A stretch of DNA of 64,000 nt from Alphaproteobacteria bacterium (lineage in GTDB: Bacteria; Pseudomonadota; Alphaproteobacteria; UBA828), in NCBI GenBank assembly GCA_965214705.1, contig CBDCCI010000001.1, positions 64,001 through 128,000 on the forward strand, read 5' to 3'. Position 1 is the first letter of the stretch; every line of letters starts with the position of its first letter. The notes under the pieces are model-generated. The model was not told the DNA's origin. It saw nothing but the letters and a program-made list of their open reading frames with translations, and made no database searches. Made by a program: the position numbers and the translations under genes. This document shows positions 50,726 through 60,725 of the stretch, one piece after another.

Positions 50726-51931
50726 ATGCGGACGAGCAAACATCTCTACTTCCACCTTTCGCGACGCAACTTCATCAAGTGCGCGGCCGCGGGTACGGCC
50801 ATCGTCGGCGCGCCCGCCATTCTCAAGGGGCTCACCCGCAAGGCGATTGCCCAGGACGAAAACACCATCCGGCTCCTGATCACCGGCCCCACCCTCATCC
50901 CCGGCGACTGGAGCGCGTTCGAGAGGGAAACCGGCTTCAAGATGGAAGACACCGTGATCAAGGACGATCCCGGCATCTTCCTGACCGAAATTCTGGTGAA
51001 CGACGGCGGCGACCGCTTCGACATCATCGCCGCGCTCACGGGCGCCGAGCAGGACTTGATCGACGGCGAGGCGATCAAGCCGATCGAGACCTCGGCAGTC
51101 CCGAACTGGGGCGGCATTCCCGAGAGCATCACGCAAATGCCCTATCTCCAGCGCGACCTCGCGCCGGAAGGAGGCTACGTGTGGGGCGTTCCGCTGGCGA
51201 TGAACGCGGACAGCTTCGGCTATCTGCCCGAGAAGCTGAACGAGCCGCGCCCGCCGGAGGAAGCCTCCTGGTCGCTGGTCTACGAGAGCGAGAAGACCCT
51301 GGGCCGGTCCTCCACCGGCGACAACTACATCTACCTGTGGGAGGCGCTGGCTTATCTCAAGAATACGGGGCAGCTGGAGGTCGGTGACCTCCTCGATCCG
51401 TCACCGGAGGAGGCTGCGGCGACTGCGGACTTCCTGATCGAGCGCAAGCAGGCCGGGCAGTTCCGCAACTTCTGGAAGATCTTCGACGACCAGGTCTCCG
51501 ACATGAAGAACGGCGAGGTCGACGCCATCCGCTGCTGGGAGCCTGCGGTGCGCGAGGCCAACAAGGCTGGCGGCGACTGGGTCTATGCCAACGCCACGGA
51601 GTTCTACACCAAGTGGATGCACGCCTGTTACATCCCGACCCAGGTCCACGACCGCGGCAACCTCGAGCAGGTCCACGCGGCGCTCAACTGGATCCTGAGC
51701 GGCAGCTACGCCGCCGGGATCACGCCGTTGCGCGGCTACGTCACGGGTCGGCCCGATCTCGCCCCGCAGTACGCCGAAGAGAACGGCATGGGGCCTGAGG
51801 TGGGCGTTGCGATCGACGAGGCCTTGGCCAAGGTCAAGTTCAAGTTCGCCAAGGAGGACTTTTGGTTCAGCGCGGTGCCGTCGAACCTGCAGGAAATGCA
51901 GGCGCAGATGGACCGCGTGCTCAACGCCTAA
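50726..51931 (+). CDS. Tat-exported PotD/PotF-like substrate-binding protein
   Basis: SRRNFIK twin-arginine signal, GGGAGG RBS, NADSFGY, CWEPAV; first gene of an ABC operon. Confidence 0.82.
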   Translation: MRTSKHLYFHLSRRNFIKCAAAGTAIVGAPAILKGLTRKAIAQDENTIRLLITGPTLIPGDWSAFERETGFKMEDTVIKDDPGIFLTEILVNDGGDRFDIIAALTGAEQDLIDGEAIKPIETSAVPNWGGIPESITQMPYLQRDLAPEGGYVWGVPLAMNADSFGYLPEKLNEPRPPEEASWSLVYESEKTLGRSSTGDNYIYLWEALAYLKNTGQLEVGDLLDPSPEEAAATADFLIERKQAGQFRNFWKIFDDQVSDMKNGEVDAIRCWEPAVREANKAGGDWVYANATEFYTKWMHACYIPTQVHDRGNLEQVHAALNWILSGSYAAGITPLRGYVTGRPDLAPQYAEENGMGPEVGVAIDEALAKVKFKFAKEDFWFSAVPSNLQEMQAQMDRVLNA

Positions 51932-52011
51932 CGTTCGGCGCGCATTCGGGCCGGGCCCGTCCCGCTCCACGAGAGGGCGGGGCGGGCCTCGCCCATTTTG
52001 CCTTAGCCAGG

Positions 52012-52929
52012 ATGGCCGCCACGCTCACCGCCAACGACGACGTCCTGCGCCGCCTGCTGCCGCGCTTGCCGGCAGGCGTCTGGTCGCTCTCGGGCTTCAC
52101 CGTCGTCTGGTTCGGCGGCATCGTCATCCCACTGCTCGCCATCATCCTGGTCTCGTTCTTCCAGGGCCGCGGGATCAGGATCAACCTCGACCCCACCTTC
52201 CTGCAATACGAGCGATTCTTCTCCTACGGCGGCAGCGATCTGCTTGCGCGTTCGGTGCGCATCGCGGCAACGATGACGTTCATCGAACTCATGATCGCGT
52301 TCCCCTTCGCGCTTTGGCTCGCGAAGGGCTGCAAGAACAACATGGTGCGCCTCCTCACCTTCACCGCGCTCACCGTGCCGTTCTTCCTGAGCCCAGCGGC
52401 GCGCGTCATCGTCTGGCGCTCGGTCTTCGGCATCAACGGTGTGGTGAATCAGGCGCTGCTCGCGACCGGCGCGGTGGACGAGCCCGTGACCTGGCTGATC
52501 TTCTCCGAGTTCGCCGTGCACTTCGGCTTCCTCGGCGCCTTCTTCCCTACCATGGTGTGGCCGATCTTTCTCTCCATCAGCCTGATCGATAACGACTTCC
52601 TTGAAGCCAGCAACGACCTCGGCGCCAATCGCTTCAGGACGCTCGTGCACGTCATCTTCCCGCTCGCGCTGCCGGGCGTCGTCGCCGGCATCGTCTTCAC
52701 CTTCATCCCGATGCTGGGCGACACGGTGGTGGCGCAGCACATGGGCGGCAACAACGTGCTGATGTTGAGCGCGCAAGTTCAGAGTCTGATCGGAGTCTCG
52801 AACTTCCTGGTCGCGGCGGCGCTCGCAGCGGTTGTGCTCGGCATCATGCTAGCCTTCCAGGTCCTGCTCTGGACTGCGCTTAAGCCAGTGGGCGGGCTCA
52901 ACGAAGTTTTCGCGAACCTGCGCCGATGA
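52012..52929 (+). CDS. PotB-like ABC permease
   Basis: VPFF, EASNDLGA, PLALPGV. Confidence 0.88.
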   Translation: MAATLTANDDVLRRLLPRLPAGVWSLSGFTVVWFGGIVIPLLAIILVSFFQGRGIRINLDPTFLQYERFFSYGGSDLLARSVRIAATMTFIELMIAFPFALWLAKGCKNNMVRLLTFTALTVPFFLSPAARVIVWRSVFGINGVVNQALLATGAVDEPVTWLIFSEFAVHFGFLGAFFPTMVWPIFLSISLIDNDFLEASNDLGANRFRTLVHVIFPLALPGVVAGIVFTFIPMLGDTVVAQHMGGNNVLMLSAQVQSLIGVSNFLVAAALAAVVLGIMLAFQVLLWTALKPVGGLNEVFANLRR

Positions 52930-53828
52930 CGATGACCGCGCACGCCTCCGAAACGATTACCTATGCGCAGGTGCGCCCGCCGTTCTGGCGGCGTTTCATG
53001 GACGGCCTGCCGCGGGGCACCGGCCTCTTCTTCGGCTACGGGGTGCTCTTCATCCTCTATCTGCCGATCGTCTGGCTGATGATCCTCTCCATCAGCGGCG
53101 AGCCGCTCACGGGTATTCCCGGTGAGTGGACGCTCACCTGGTACGAGGACGTGATCTACGCCGACATCGCCCAGCGCGACGGCGAGGCCTACGGCAGCAA
53201 CTTCCGGGTCGGCAATCCGCTGCTGCTCTCGATCGGGCTTGCCTTCGCCACCTCGGCGGCGTGCGTGATCGGCGCACTGATCGTGGGGCCGGTGCTGCCC
53301 CGGGTGAAGCGGCGCGGGCCGCTGCTCATCGGCTTTCTCATGCCGCTGATGGTGCCGGGCATCGTCGCCGGCGTCGGGCTCTTCATGTGGTACCGGCTGG
53401 TGATCAACGTGAAGATGGGCGTGTGGTCGCTGGCGCTGGCCCATTTCGTCTGGGCCTTTCCTTTCGCACTGCTGGCGATGCTGGTGGTGGCTTCGCGCTT
53501 CGACACGCGGCTGATGGAGGCCGCCGAAGACCTTGGCGCGAGCCGCTGGCAGCGCTTCTGGCAGATCGAGGTGCCGATCCTGAAGCCCGGCATTTTCGCG
53601 GCAGGCTTCTTCGGCTTCCTGCTGTCGTTCAACGAGCTGCCCTTCAGCATCTTCATGCGTGCGGGACAGGACACACTGCCGCTCTATCTGTGGATACAAT
53701 CGGGCGCGCACAACACGACCGTGCCCCTGATCTATGCGATGAGTACGCTGGTGACGATCGTGAGCATCGGGTTGACCTTCCTCGCGATCAAGCTTGCCTT
53801 CGGAGGAGGCAAAGATGGCAAACAGTGA
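52926..53828 (+). CDS. PotC-like ABC permease
   Basis: LYLPI, EAAEDLGAS, LLSFNE, TLPL. Confidence 0.9.
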   Translation: MTMTAHASETITYAQVRPPFWRRFMDGLPRGTGLFFGYGVLFILYLPIVWLMILSISGEPLTGIPGEWTLTWYEDVIYADIAQRDGEAYGSNFRVGNPLLLSIGLAFATSAACVIGALIVGPVLPRVKRRGPLLIGFLMPLMVPGIVAGVGLFMWYRLVINVKMGVWSLALAHFVWAFPFALLAMLVVASRFDTRLMEAAEDLGASRWQRFWQIEVPILKPGIFAAGFFGFLLSFNELPFSIFMRAGQDTLPLYLWIQSGAHNTTVPLIYAMSTLVTIVSIGLTFLAIKLAFGGGKDGKQ

Positions 53829-54984
53829 CGTGACCGCGCCGCGCGCCGCCGTCGGCAATGGCGATCAGATCCTGCATGTGGAGCACGCGACCCACCGTTT
53901 CGGCGATGTGGTCGCGCTCGACGACGTGTCGATCACGGCGCGGCGGGGCGAGTTCCTCACCCTGCTGGGAGAAAGCGGTTCAGGCAAGACGACGCTGCTC
54001 AGAATCGTCGCCGGACTCGAGCGCCCGACCCGGATCGCGCGTATCGCCATCGACGGCGAGGATGTCTCCGCTATCCCGGCTTCGCGCCGCAACTGCACCA
54101 CCGTGTTCCAGCACTACGCGCTCTTCCCCCACATGTCGGTCGGGCAGAACGTCGAGTACGGGCTCCGCGTGCGCGGCATCGACAGGGATCAGCGCCGCAA
54201 GCGGGCGGAAGACGCCCTCGCCCTGGTCCGCCTGCTGGACAAGTACGGCCGCCGCGTCCACCAGCTTTCCGGCGGCGAGCGCCAGCGGGTGGCGCTGGCG
54301 CGCGCGCTGGTGACGCAGCCCGCGATCCTGCTGCTCGACGAGCCGCTCGGCGCGCTCGACGAGAAGCTGCGCGTCGACATGCAGGTGGAGCTCCTCGACC
54401 TCCACGAGAAGCTCGGCCTCACCTTCATATACGTCACCCACAGTCAGGAAGAGGCGCTCACCATGAGCGACCGGATCATCCTGATGCGGCGCGGGCGCAT
54501 CGTGCAGGAAGGGCCACCCACCGACCTCTTCGACCGGCCTGCGAGCCGCTTCGTCGCGGACTTCATGGGGGTGGAGAACCTGCTGGAAGGGACCATCGAG
54601 AGCGTGCGGAACGGCACGGCCAGCGTGCGCATCGGTGGACACGTGATCAGCGGCGCCTGGAGCGGCACCGGCTTGGCCGAGAGAGGCGCGCCCGCCTGCG
54701 TCGCTGTGCGGGCGGAGCGAATCAGGCTCGCACCGCGCGGTGCGACCGTCGACGAGCCCGGCGTCAACGCGCTGCCCTGCACCAGCGGGGCAACGATTTA
54801 CAAAGGCAAATATCTCGACCAGACGCTCGATACCGACATCGGCCCGGTCAAGGCGCGGATCTGGGATCGCGGCGTCGACGTCACCGATCTGGAGGCGCTC
54901 TGGTGGCGGGAATCGGAATGCGCCATCACCTCGGCCGAGAACGGGGCGGGCGCCGAAGCAGGCGAGGAGGCCGACGCCGCCTGA
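53815..54984 (+). CDS. PotA-like ABC ATPase
   Basis: GESGSGKT, VFQHYALFPH, LSGGERQR, DEPLGALD. Confidence 0.93.
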   Translation: MANSDVTAPRAAVGNGDQILHVEHATHRFGDVVALDDVSITARRGEFLTLLGESGSGKTTLLRIVAGLERPTRIARIAIDGEDVSAIPASRRNCTTVFQHYALFPHMSVGQNVEYGLRVRGIDRDQRRKRAEDALALVRLLDKYGRRVHQLSGGERQRVALARALVTQPAILLLDEPLGALDEKLRVDMQVELLDLHEKLGLTFIYVTHSQEEALTMSDRIILMRRGRIVQEGPPTDLFDRPASRFVADFMGVENLLEGTIESVRNGTASVRIGGHVISGAWSGTGLAERGAPACVAVRAERIRLAPRGATVDEPGVNALPCTSGATIYKGKYLDQTLDTDIGPVKARIWDRGVDVTDLEALWWRESECAITSAENGAGAEAGEEADAA

Positions 54985-54995
54985 CCGATCCCCGA

Positions 54996-55385
54996 TCAGG
55001 CCTCGGCGGCGGCCAGCGCCTCGATCTCGATCAGCCAGCGCTCATCCGCGAGGCCGGCGACGATCAATAGCGTCGAGGCCGCCTGGTGGCCTTGCAGGTG
55101 ACGGTCCCTGATCTCCCGGTAGGACCCGAGGTGGGCGCGGTCCACCAGCAGCGCCCGCACGATCACCAGATTCGCCATGGTCATGTCGGCGGCGGCGAGC
55201 AGAGCTGCGATGTTGCGCCAGACCTGATCGCTCTGCGCCTCGAAGCCGTCTGCGAGCGTGCCGTCCGGCGCGGCGCCCACCTGGCCTGAGATGTGGAGCC
55301 AGCGCTTGCCGGGCCCCACCTCCGCCGCCTGGCTGTAGAACGACGCGGGCGCCACGACCGTATCCGGATTGTGTAGCGTAATCAT
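54996..55385 (-). CDS. Rid (YjgF/YER057c/UK114) family protein
   Basis: YSQA, ISGQVG, ASTLLIVAGL...LIEIEA. Confidence 0.9.
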   Translation of the reverse strand: MITLHNPDTVVAPASFYSQAAEVGPGKRWLHISGQVGAAPDGTLADGFEAQSDQVWRNIAALLAAADMTMANLVIVRALLVDRAHLGSYREIRDRHLQGHQAASTLLIVAGLADERWLIEIEALAAAEA

Positions 55386-55566
55386 TGGGTTCTCCTTGGT
55401 AGGCGCCGCAGCGGCGCGACGAGTGATAGTGCCACGGTGGATGAGGTCCGGAGAAGGCACAGCAAATTCGAAGGAAGAAGGGCAGCGCCGGTCATTCGCA
55501 GTTCACTGAACCTCCGTCTCCCGGTATCGTTCACTCGGAGGGCGCGTTGTTTGCAACGTCCATCAG

Positions 55567-55839
55567 GTGATGGAGATGAAAATCACGGCAGCCAACATCG
55601 AGTCGGCGCTGGGAACGCTGCGGAATCTTCCGACCCCGGTCAGCGGCTGGGAAGTGGAAACAGGAATCGATTCAACGGACAAGCCCGCCGTGTGGGTGTG
55701 GGGTTATCTCACGGACGAAGAGGTGGATTTCGAGACTCGATCCCGGCTGCGGGACATGGTGCGCGATCTCGTCCGCCGCGAAACCGAGTCTGCAATCTGG
55801 GTCTATGTTCGCTTCCGAGGGGCTTCGGAGGCAGCCTAA
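55567..55839 (+). CDS. Small hypothetical protein, probable partner of the HEPN protein
   Basis: 90-aa ORF ending 5 bp before the HEPN gene; G.DSTDKPAVWV...YVRFR..SE. Confidence 0.65.
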   Translation: MMEMKITAANIESALGTLRNLPTPVSGWEVETGIDSTDKPAVWVWGYLTDEEVDFETRSRLRDMVRDLVRRETESAIWVYVRFRGASEAA

Positions 55840-55844
55840 GTCTC

Positions 55845-56354
55845 GTGAGCCTGCATGTTGATTTGTTGCGTCAAGCCCGACAGCTCGCCGTCAAGGAACC
55901 GCGGCGGCCGTTGCAAGCGAGCCTGCGCCGAGCGATTTCGGCGTCCTACTACGCCCTCTTTCATCTGCTGGTCGACGAAGCGACAAAGCGCATGCTTCGC
56001 GGCAGCGACCGGGTCGCTCTCCGACGCTGCCTAGCGCGAGCGTTCGGCCATGCCGCAATGAGACAAGTCGCCCAGCAGTTTTCCGATTGCAACGTGTCGC
56101 CAAAGCTCTCTCCCGCGTTGGGTGGCCAAGCGTTGCAACCGGAACTCGTCCGGGTTGCGGGCGCGCTCGTCGAACTTCAGGAGGCCCGCCACCAAGCGGA
56201 CTACGATCCGGGGCATCGCTTTACGCGCCGCGAGGCTCTCGACTTGATTGGCCAGGCAGAACAGGCGTTTTCGGACTGGTCCAGTGTCCGCAGGAGTGTT
56301 CAGGCGGATACCTTCCTGACGGGTCTTCTTGCCTTTGGAAACATGCGCGGCTGA
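55845..56354 (+). CDS. HEPN-domain protein
   Basis: LRRAISASYYALFH and LQEARHQADY motifs. Confidence 0.78.
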   Translation: MSLHVDLLRQARQLAVKEPRRPLQASLRRAISASYYALFHLLVDEATKRMLRGSDRVALRRCLARAFGHAAMRQVAQQFSDCNVSPKLSPALGGQALQPELVRVAGALVELQEARHQADYDPGHRFTRREALDLIGQAEQAFSDWSSVRRSVQADTFLTGLLAFGNMRG

Positions 56355-56398
56355 CGGATTTGCGAGGGCCGCTCCTCATTTGGCGCGGACCGCCCCGT

Positions 56399-57592
56399 TC
56401 ACACCATCGCGATCGCGTAGATCTCGTGCAGGTAGCCTTCGAGGTAGAGGCCGGTGCAGCCGATCGGGGTCCAGGCCGGGCAGCGGCCAGATTGGAACAG
56501 CTCGCTGCCCACCGCCATCACGGTCTCCCAGGCTCTGGGATCCTTATGGAATGAGACGATTTCCACAATGTCGTCGAGGCCTGCGCCGTGCTTCTCCAGC
56601 ACGCCCCGTATCTGGCCGAAGCAGTAGTGCGCCTGGGAGGCGACATCGCCGCGGGCGATGATGTTCTGCTGCCCGTCCGAGGCGACCTGGCCGGAGATGC
56701 CGATGAGCCGCCCGTGCGCCTTGCGGCTTGCGCCGGAGATACGCTGGTCGTGCCAATGGATGCTCGGCAGGTTGTAGGCGACCCGGGGGCCTTCACTAAA
56801 GTCCGCGATGGCCCGGTAGCAACCGACCTGGCCCATCCGATGCAGGCCGGTCATGCCGATCGCGGTGTAGGACGTGGCCTCGCCGATGGGGAGCCCCTCG
56901 ACGGTCTCGTTGCACCAGGTATCGACGGCGGCGTCCATGCCGCGGGCATCGTGGTTGAAGCAGATCATGTCGACGATATCGTCGAGCGAGCTGCCCGCCG
57001 CCTGCATCACATCCTTGAGCCGATCGTAGCAGAAACGCGCCTGCGCCATGTGGTTGGCGGGCGCCACCACCGCGCCGCCATCGTCGGCCGCCACGATGCC
57101 GCTGGTGAAGAGGTAGTCGCCCTTGCGACAGGCGGCCGAAATGGGAAGGTTCGCCATCCAACCGAAGCCCGCCGGGATCACGCCCTGCTTCTCGCCGGCA
57201 CCCACGTGGGCGACCACCCGCACGACGACCTCGAGACCGGGATCGTGCGCGCCCACCATGCCGAGGGCAGTCCACGCCGGGTAGGGCGTGGAGAACACCT
57301 CGCGGCCCACGGCGAAGACGGCGTCCATTGTGCGCGGGTCCTTGTGGAAGGTCATCACGTCGAGCACGTCGTCGATGCCCGCGCCCGCCGCCTCCAACAC
57401 CGCGCTGGCCCTGGCGAAAGCGTTCCGTGTCTGGGCCTGAACGTCGCCCGCGTCCGTCACCCGGCCGTCGTCGGTCGCGCTCCCCTGGCCCGAGAGGAAC
57501 AAGAGGTCGCCGACCCGGACCGCTGCCGAAGCCGGCCGGCCACTCATCCAGGCTTCGCTCGCGGGCGTGAGGTAAGTGCGATCGTCGGCCAT
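56399..57592 (-). CDS. Protein with three tandem Rid-family domains
   Basis: Three repeats of about 130 aa: LFLSGQ/LFTSGI/IGISGQ, F.H.DPR-like segments, PAWTALG/TSYTAIG/PAWTPIG. Confidence 0.85.
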   Translation of the reverse strand: MADDRTYLTPASEAWMSGRPASAAVRVGDLLFLSGQGSATDDGRVTDAGDVQAQTRNAFARASAVLEAAGAGIDDVLDVMTFHKDPRTMDAVFAVGREVFSTPYPAWTALGMVGAHDPGLEVVVRVVAHVGAGEKQGVIPAGFGWMANLPISAACRKGDYLFTSGIVAADDGGAVVAPANHMAQARFCYDRLKDVMQAAGSSLDDIVDMICFNHDARGMDAAVDTWCNETVEGLPIGEATSYTAIGMTGLHRMGQVGCYRAIADFSEGPRVAYNLPSIHWHDQRISGASRKAHGRLIGISGQVASDGQQNIIARGDVASQAHYCFGQIRGVLEKHGAGLDDIVEIVSFHKDPRAWETVMAVGSELFQSGRCPAWTPIGCTGLYLEGYLHEIYAIAMV

Positions 57593-57614
57593 CGGTGAAT
57601 ACTCCTCTCGGCGG

Positions 57615-59336
57615 TCAGGGGCGCCGGATGAACGGCAGCTCGATGAAAGAGGGGCGGGCCCCGTCGTGGAACACGGTCTGGTGCGCGGGCTGGAGGTCGA
57701 AGGCGTGCTCGCCGCCGATCGGCCCGCCGGTGTTGGGGTTGCGGTCGAAGGCCGGGTAGTTGCTGCTCGACACCTCGACCCGGACGCGATGCCCGGCGCG
57801 GAAGACGTGGCAGATCACGCCGACATCGATGGCGAATTCGTAGACACGGTGGGGCTCCAGCGGCACCTCGCGCTCCCGGCTCTCGCGGAAGCGGCCCCGG
57901 ATCACGCCCTCGAACAGGTTGATCGAACGCCCGTCGGGCTCCACGTCGCAGAGCTTCACCGTGAAGTCGGTGTCGGCGGCGCTGGTCGCGGCACTCAGCC
58001 GCGCGGTGACAGCGCCGGCGGCGAAGCAGGGCGCATCCAGCGGCACCGACGTATAGACCAGCACGTCGTTCCGATACTCCACCGGGCGCTGGTCCATCGG
58101 CCCCATGGGTGCGGTCTGCGGCAGGCAGCAGGAATGGCCGCCCATGCTCGGCACCGGATCGAACGGGTTGTAGATGAAGAAATCTGGCGCCTCGTCGCCC
58201 GGCGGCTCCCGGTCCAGCGTCCCGTCCCCGCTCAGCGAGTTGGCGCGGCCGCCGCTACGCAAGTACCAGCGCTCGGAGCCGGTGCCGGCGAGCGGCCAGG
58301 CGTCGGCATCGTGCCAGCGGTTCTCCCCCGTGATGAAGACGCGCACGGGCGGCAGCGCCTCCAGCGCGGAGCGGTCGTCCTTCAGCCAGGCGTCGAACCA
58401 GGCACGCTCGTAGACGCTGACGGTGTTCTTCGCCTCGTCGCCGAAGTCGATGGCGCCGACCTGCTGGGTCCACGGGATGTGATACCAGGGGCCGACGATC
58501 AAGCGGTGCTCGGTGCGGCCAGCGGCGCTCAGCGCCTCGTAGGCTGCGATGGTCTGGGGGATGAAGCTGTCGTACCAGCCGCTGACGTGGAGGCAGGGCA
58601 CGTCGATCTGCCCGAGCCGGGGCGCAAGCTCCCATTCCTGCCAATACGCGTCGTGGGCGGGGTGGTCTACGTAGTCCTTGAGGAAGGGCATGAGGTCCGG
58701 CGTCTCGAGGAAAGGGATGTCCCTGAGCCCGAGCGCCGCCGGCCAGCGGCCGCAGGCCGCCTGCGCCGCGCCGAGGGCACCGAGCACTTCCCTGTCGTTC
58801 CGCCTACGCGCTGCGTCGCCCGCGAGGATGAGCGCCCAGTCCATCACCGCTGCAAGCCCGAAGGTGCCGCCCACATGGGTGAAGCCCTCGTACATGCCGC
58901 CCGGATAGAAGCCAGGCACGGCGGCGGCGAGGTGCGGGGGCTTGAGCGCGGCGGCGAGCAGTTGATTCACGCCGGGAATGGAGAATCCGAAGCTCCCCAC
59001 CCGGCCGTTGCACCAGGACTGCGCCGCGCACCACTCGATTGTGTCGTAGCCGTCCTCGGCATCGAGACGGAGCGGGTAGAACTCGCCCTCCGAGGCGTAG
59101 CGTCCACGGGTGTCCTCGATCACCACGGCATAGCCGTGCCGCGCATAGACCGCAGGGTGGTCGTAGACGTAGGTTTGGGCGACGCGCTTGTCGTAGGGCT
59201 GGCGCTGGACCAGGGCTGGAACCGGCCCGCCCGAGGCCGGCCGGTAGATGTCGCACGCGAGATGCACGCCGTCCCGCATCCGCACCATGACATCGGTCTC
59301 GACCACGATGCCTGCGGCCTCGCGCGCGTCCATCAT
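57615..59336 (-). CDS. CocE/NonD-family serine hydrolase
   Basis: MRDGVHLACDIYRP, RQPY, DTRGRYASEG, GFSIPG, GWYD, GPWYH, SSSNYP.FDRNPNTG. Confidence 0.92.
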   Translation of the reverse strand: MMDAREAAGIVVETDVMVRMRDGVHLACDIYRPASGGPVPALVQRQPYDKRVAQTYVYDHPAVYARHGYAVVIEDTRGRYASEGEFYPLRLDAEDGYDTIEWCAAQSWCNGRVGSFGFSIPGVNQLLAAALKPPHLAAAVPGFYPGGMYEGFTHVGGTFGLAAVMDWALILAGDAARRRNDREVLGALGAAQAACGRWPAALGLRDIPFLETPDLMPFLKDYVDHPAHDAYWQEWELAPRLGQIDVPCLHVSGWYDSFIPQTIAAYEALSAAGRTEHRLIVGPWYHIPWTQQVGAIDFGDEAKNTVSVYERAWFDAWLKDDRSALEALPPVRVFITGENRWHDADAWPLAGTGSERWYLRSGGRANSLSGDGTLDREPPGDEAPDFFIYNPFDPVPSMGGHSCCLPQTAPMGPMDQRPVEYRNDVLVYTSVPLDAPCFAAGAVTARLSAATSAADTDFTVKLCDVEPDGRSINLFEGVIRGRFRESREREVPLEPHRVYEFAIDVGVICHVFRAGHRVRVEVSSSNYPAFDRNPNTGGPIGGEHAFDLQPAHQTVFHDGARPSFIELPFIRRP

Positions 59337-59484
59337 TTCACCCCTCCCTGCTGGCGCGGGAGCGTAGCCCATCTTGGGCTGCCGGTCGAAACGGGCCGCA
59401 ATTGACTCGTCCCGGCTGCGGGCGGCACACTCTAAAGACGAGGATCATCCGGTGATTTGCAATGCGAACAAGGGAGGGAGACAG

Positions 59485-60624
59485 GTGAGAATCAGGGCAA
59501 CGAAACGCCTCGCCCGCTGGGCGATTGCCGCCGGCGCGGGCATAGCACTCGCCGCCAGCGTGACCGCCGACAAGGCCGAGGCCAAGACCGAGGACGGCAA
59601 GTTCCTCGTCTATTACAGCATGAGCTATGTCGGCAACGCCTGGCAGACGGAGGCCAAGAACACCGTCATCGCCATGGCCAAGGCGCCGCAGTATCGCGAT
59701 CGGGTCGAGCTCCGGGTCCAGGCGTCCGGCCCCGACGCCCAAAAACAGATCCAGCAGATGAACGCGATGATCGCGGCCGGCGCGGACGCCATCGTGGCCT
59801 TCCCGATCTCGCCGACGGCGCTCAACAAGGTCATCAGGAACGCGTGCAACAAGGGCGTGGTCGTGGCCGTGATCAACGGCGTGACCGAGCCCTGCGCCTA
59901 TGTCGTGAAGATCGACGGCGTGGCGCTCGGCGACTACCGCACCCAGTACGTGATCGACCAGATGGGCGGCAAGGGCAACATCGTCGCGATCACCGGCGTG
60001 CCCGGCGTCTCCTACGGCGAGGATCACCACAAGGGCTTCAAGCAGGCCGTAGAACGGCACCCCGAGGTCAATGTGCTGGCCGAGCTCGTGGGCATGTGGA
60101 GCCACTCCGAAGCCCGCCTCAAGATGCGCGAGCTGCTGGCCACCAAGAGCTGGGCCGACATCGACGGCATCGTGGCGCAGACCGGCTGCTACACGGTCTC
60201 CCAGATGCAGGTGGAGGACGGCTGGTGGCCGGACAATCCGATCATCCCGTGCGCGGGCGAGTCAGCGAACGGCAATCGGCTGCAGATGCTGCCGGTCGAT
60301 TCCGGAATCGAAGGCGCGCTGGGCAAGAAGGGCCAGTCCATCGGCTCCGGCCTCTGGGCGGTTTCCTACACCTTCAAGACCGCCATGGAGGTGCTCGACG
60401 GCAACGAGGACGTGCCGCATCTCAGGTGGTACACCGGGGTCGAGGTCACGCAGGACAACGTGAAACTCTGCGAGAACGGCACGGCGGAGGAGTTCGCGGC
60501 GGGCTGCAACACCATCAAGCCCGGCATCGTCCCGCCTGACTATGCCATCGATTTCTGGTCGCCCCAGGTGCCCGAGCTCGGCTTCCGCGCGGCCACCGAA
60601 GGGATGCTGGACGACGAAACCTGA
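59485..60624 (+). CDS. Sugar-type (CUT2) ABC substrate-binding protein
   Basis: Signal peptide; SMSYVGNAWQ, QIQQMNAMIAAGADAI, PISPTALN. Confidence 0.85.
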   Translation: MRIRATKRLARWAIAAGAGIALAASVTADKAEAKTEDGKFLVYYSMSYVGNAWQTEAKNTVIAMAKAPQYRDRVELRVQASGPDAQKQIQQMNAMIAAGADAIVAFPISPTALNKVIRNACNKGVVVAVINGVTEPCAYVVKIDGVALGDYRTQYVIDQMGGKGNIVAITGVPGVSYGEDHHKGFKQAVERHPEVNVLAELVGMWSHSEARLKMRELLATKSWADIDGIVAQTGCYTVSQMQVEDGWWPDNPIIPCAGESANGNRLQMLPVDSGIEGALGKKGQSIGSGLWAVSYTFKTAMEVLDGNEDVPHLRWYTGVEVTQDNVKLCENGTAEEFAAGCNTIKPGIVPPDYAIDFWSPQVPELGFRAATEGMLDDET

Positions 60625-60725
60625 GGGATCGGCGGCTCGTCCGCCATGATCCATGACGACTGCTGCGCCGGGGCCGGCCGCGAGTCTGGCAGAGCCCCGG
60701 CGCACATTTCTTCGCGCGGGCACGC

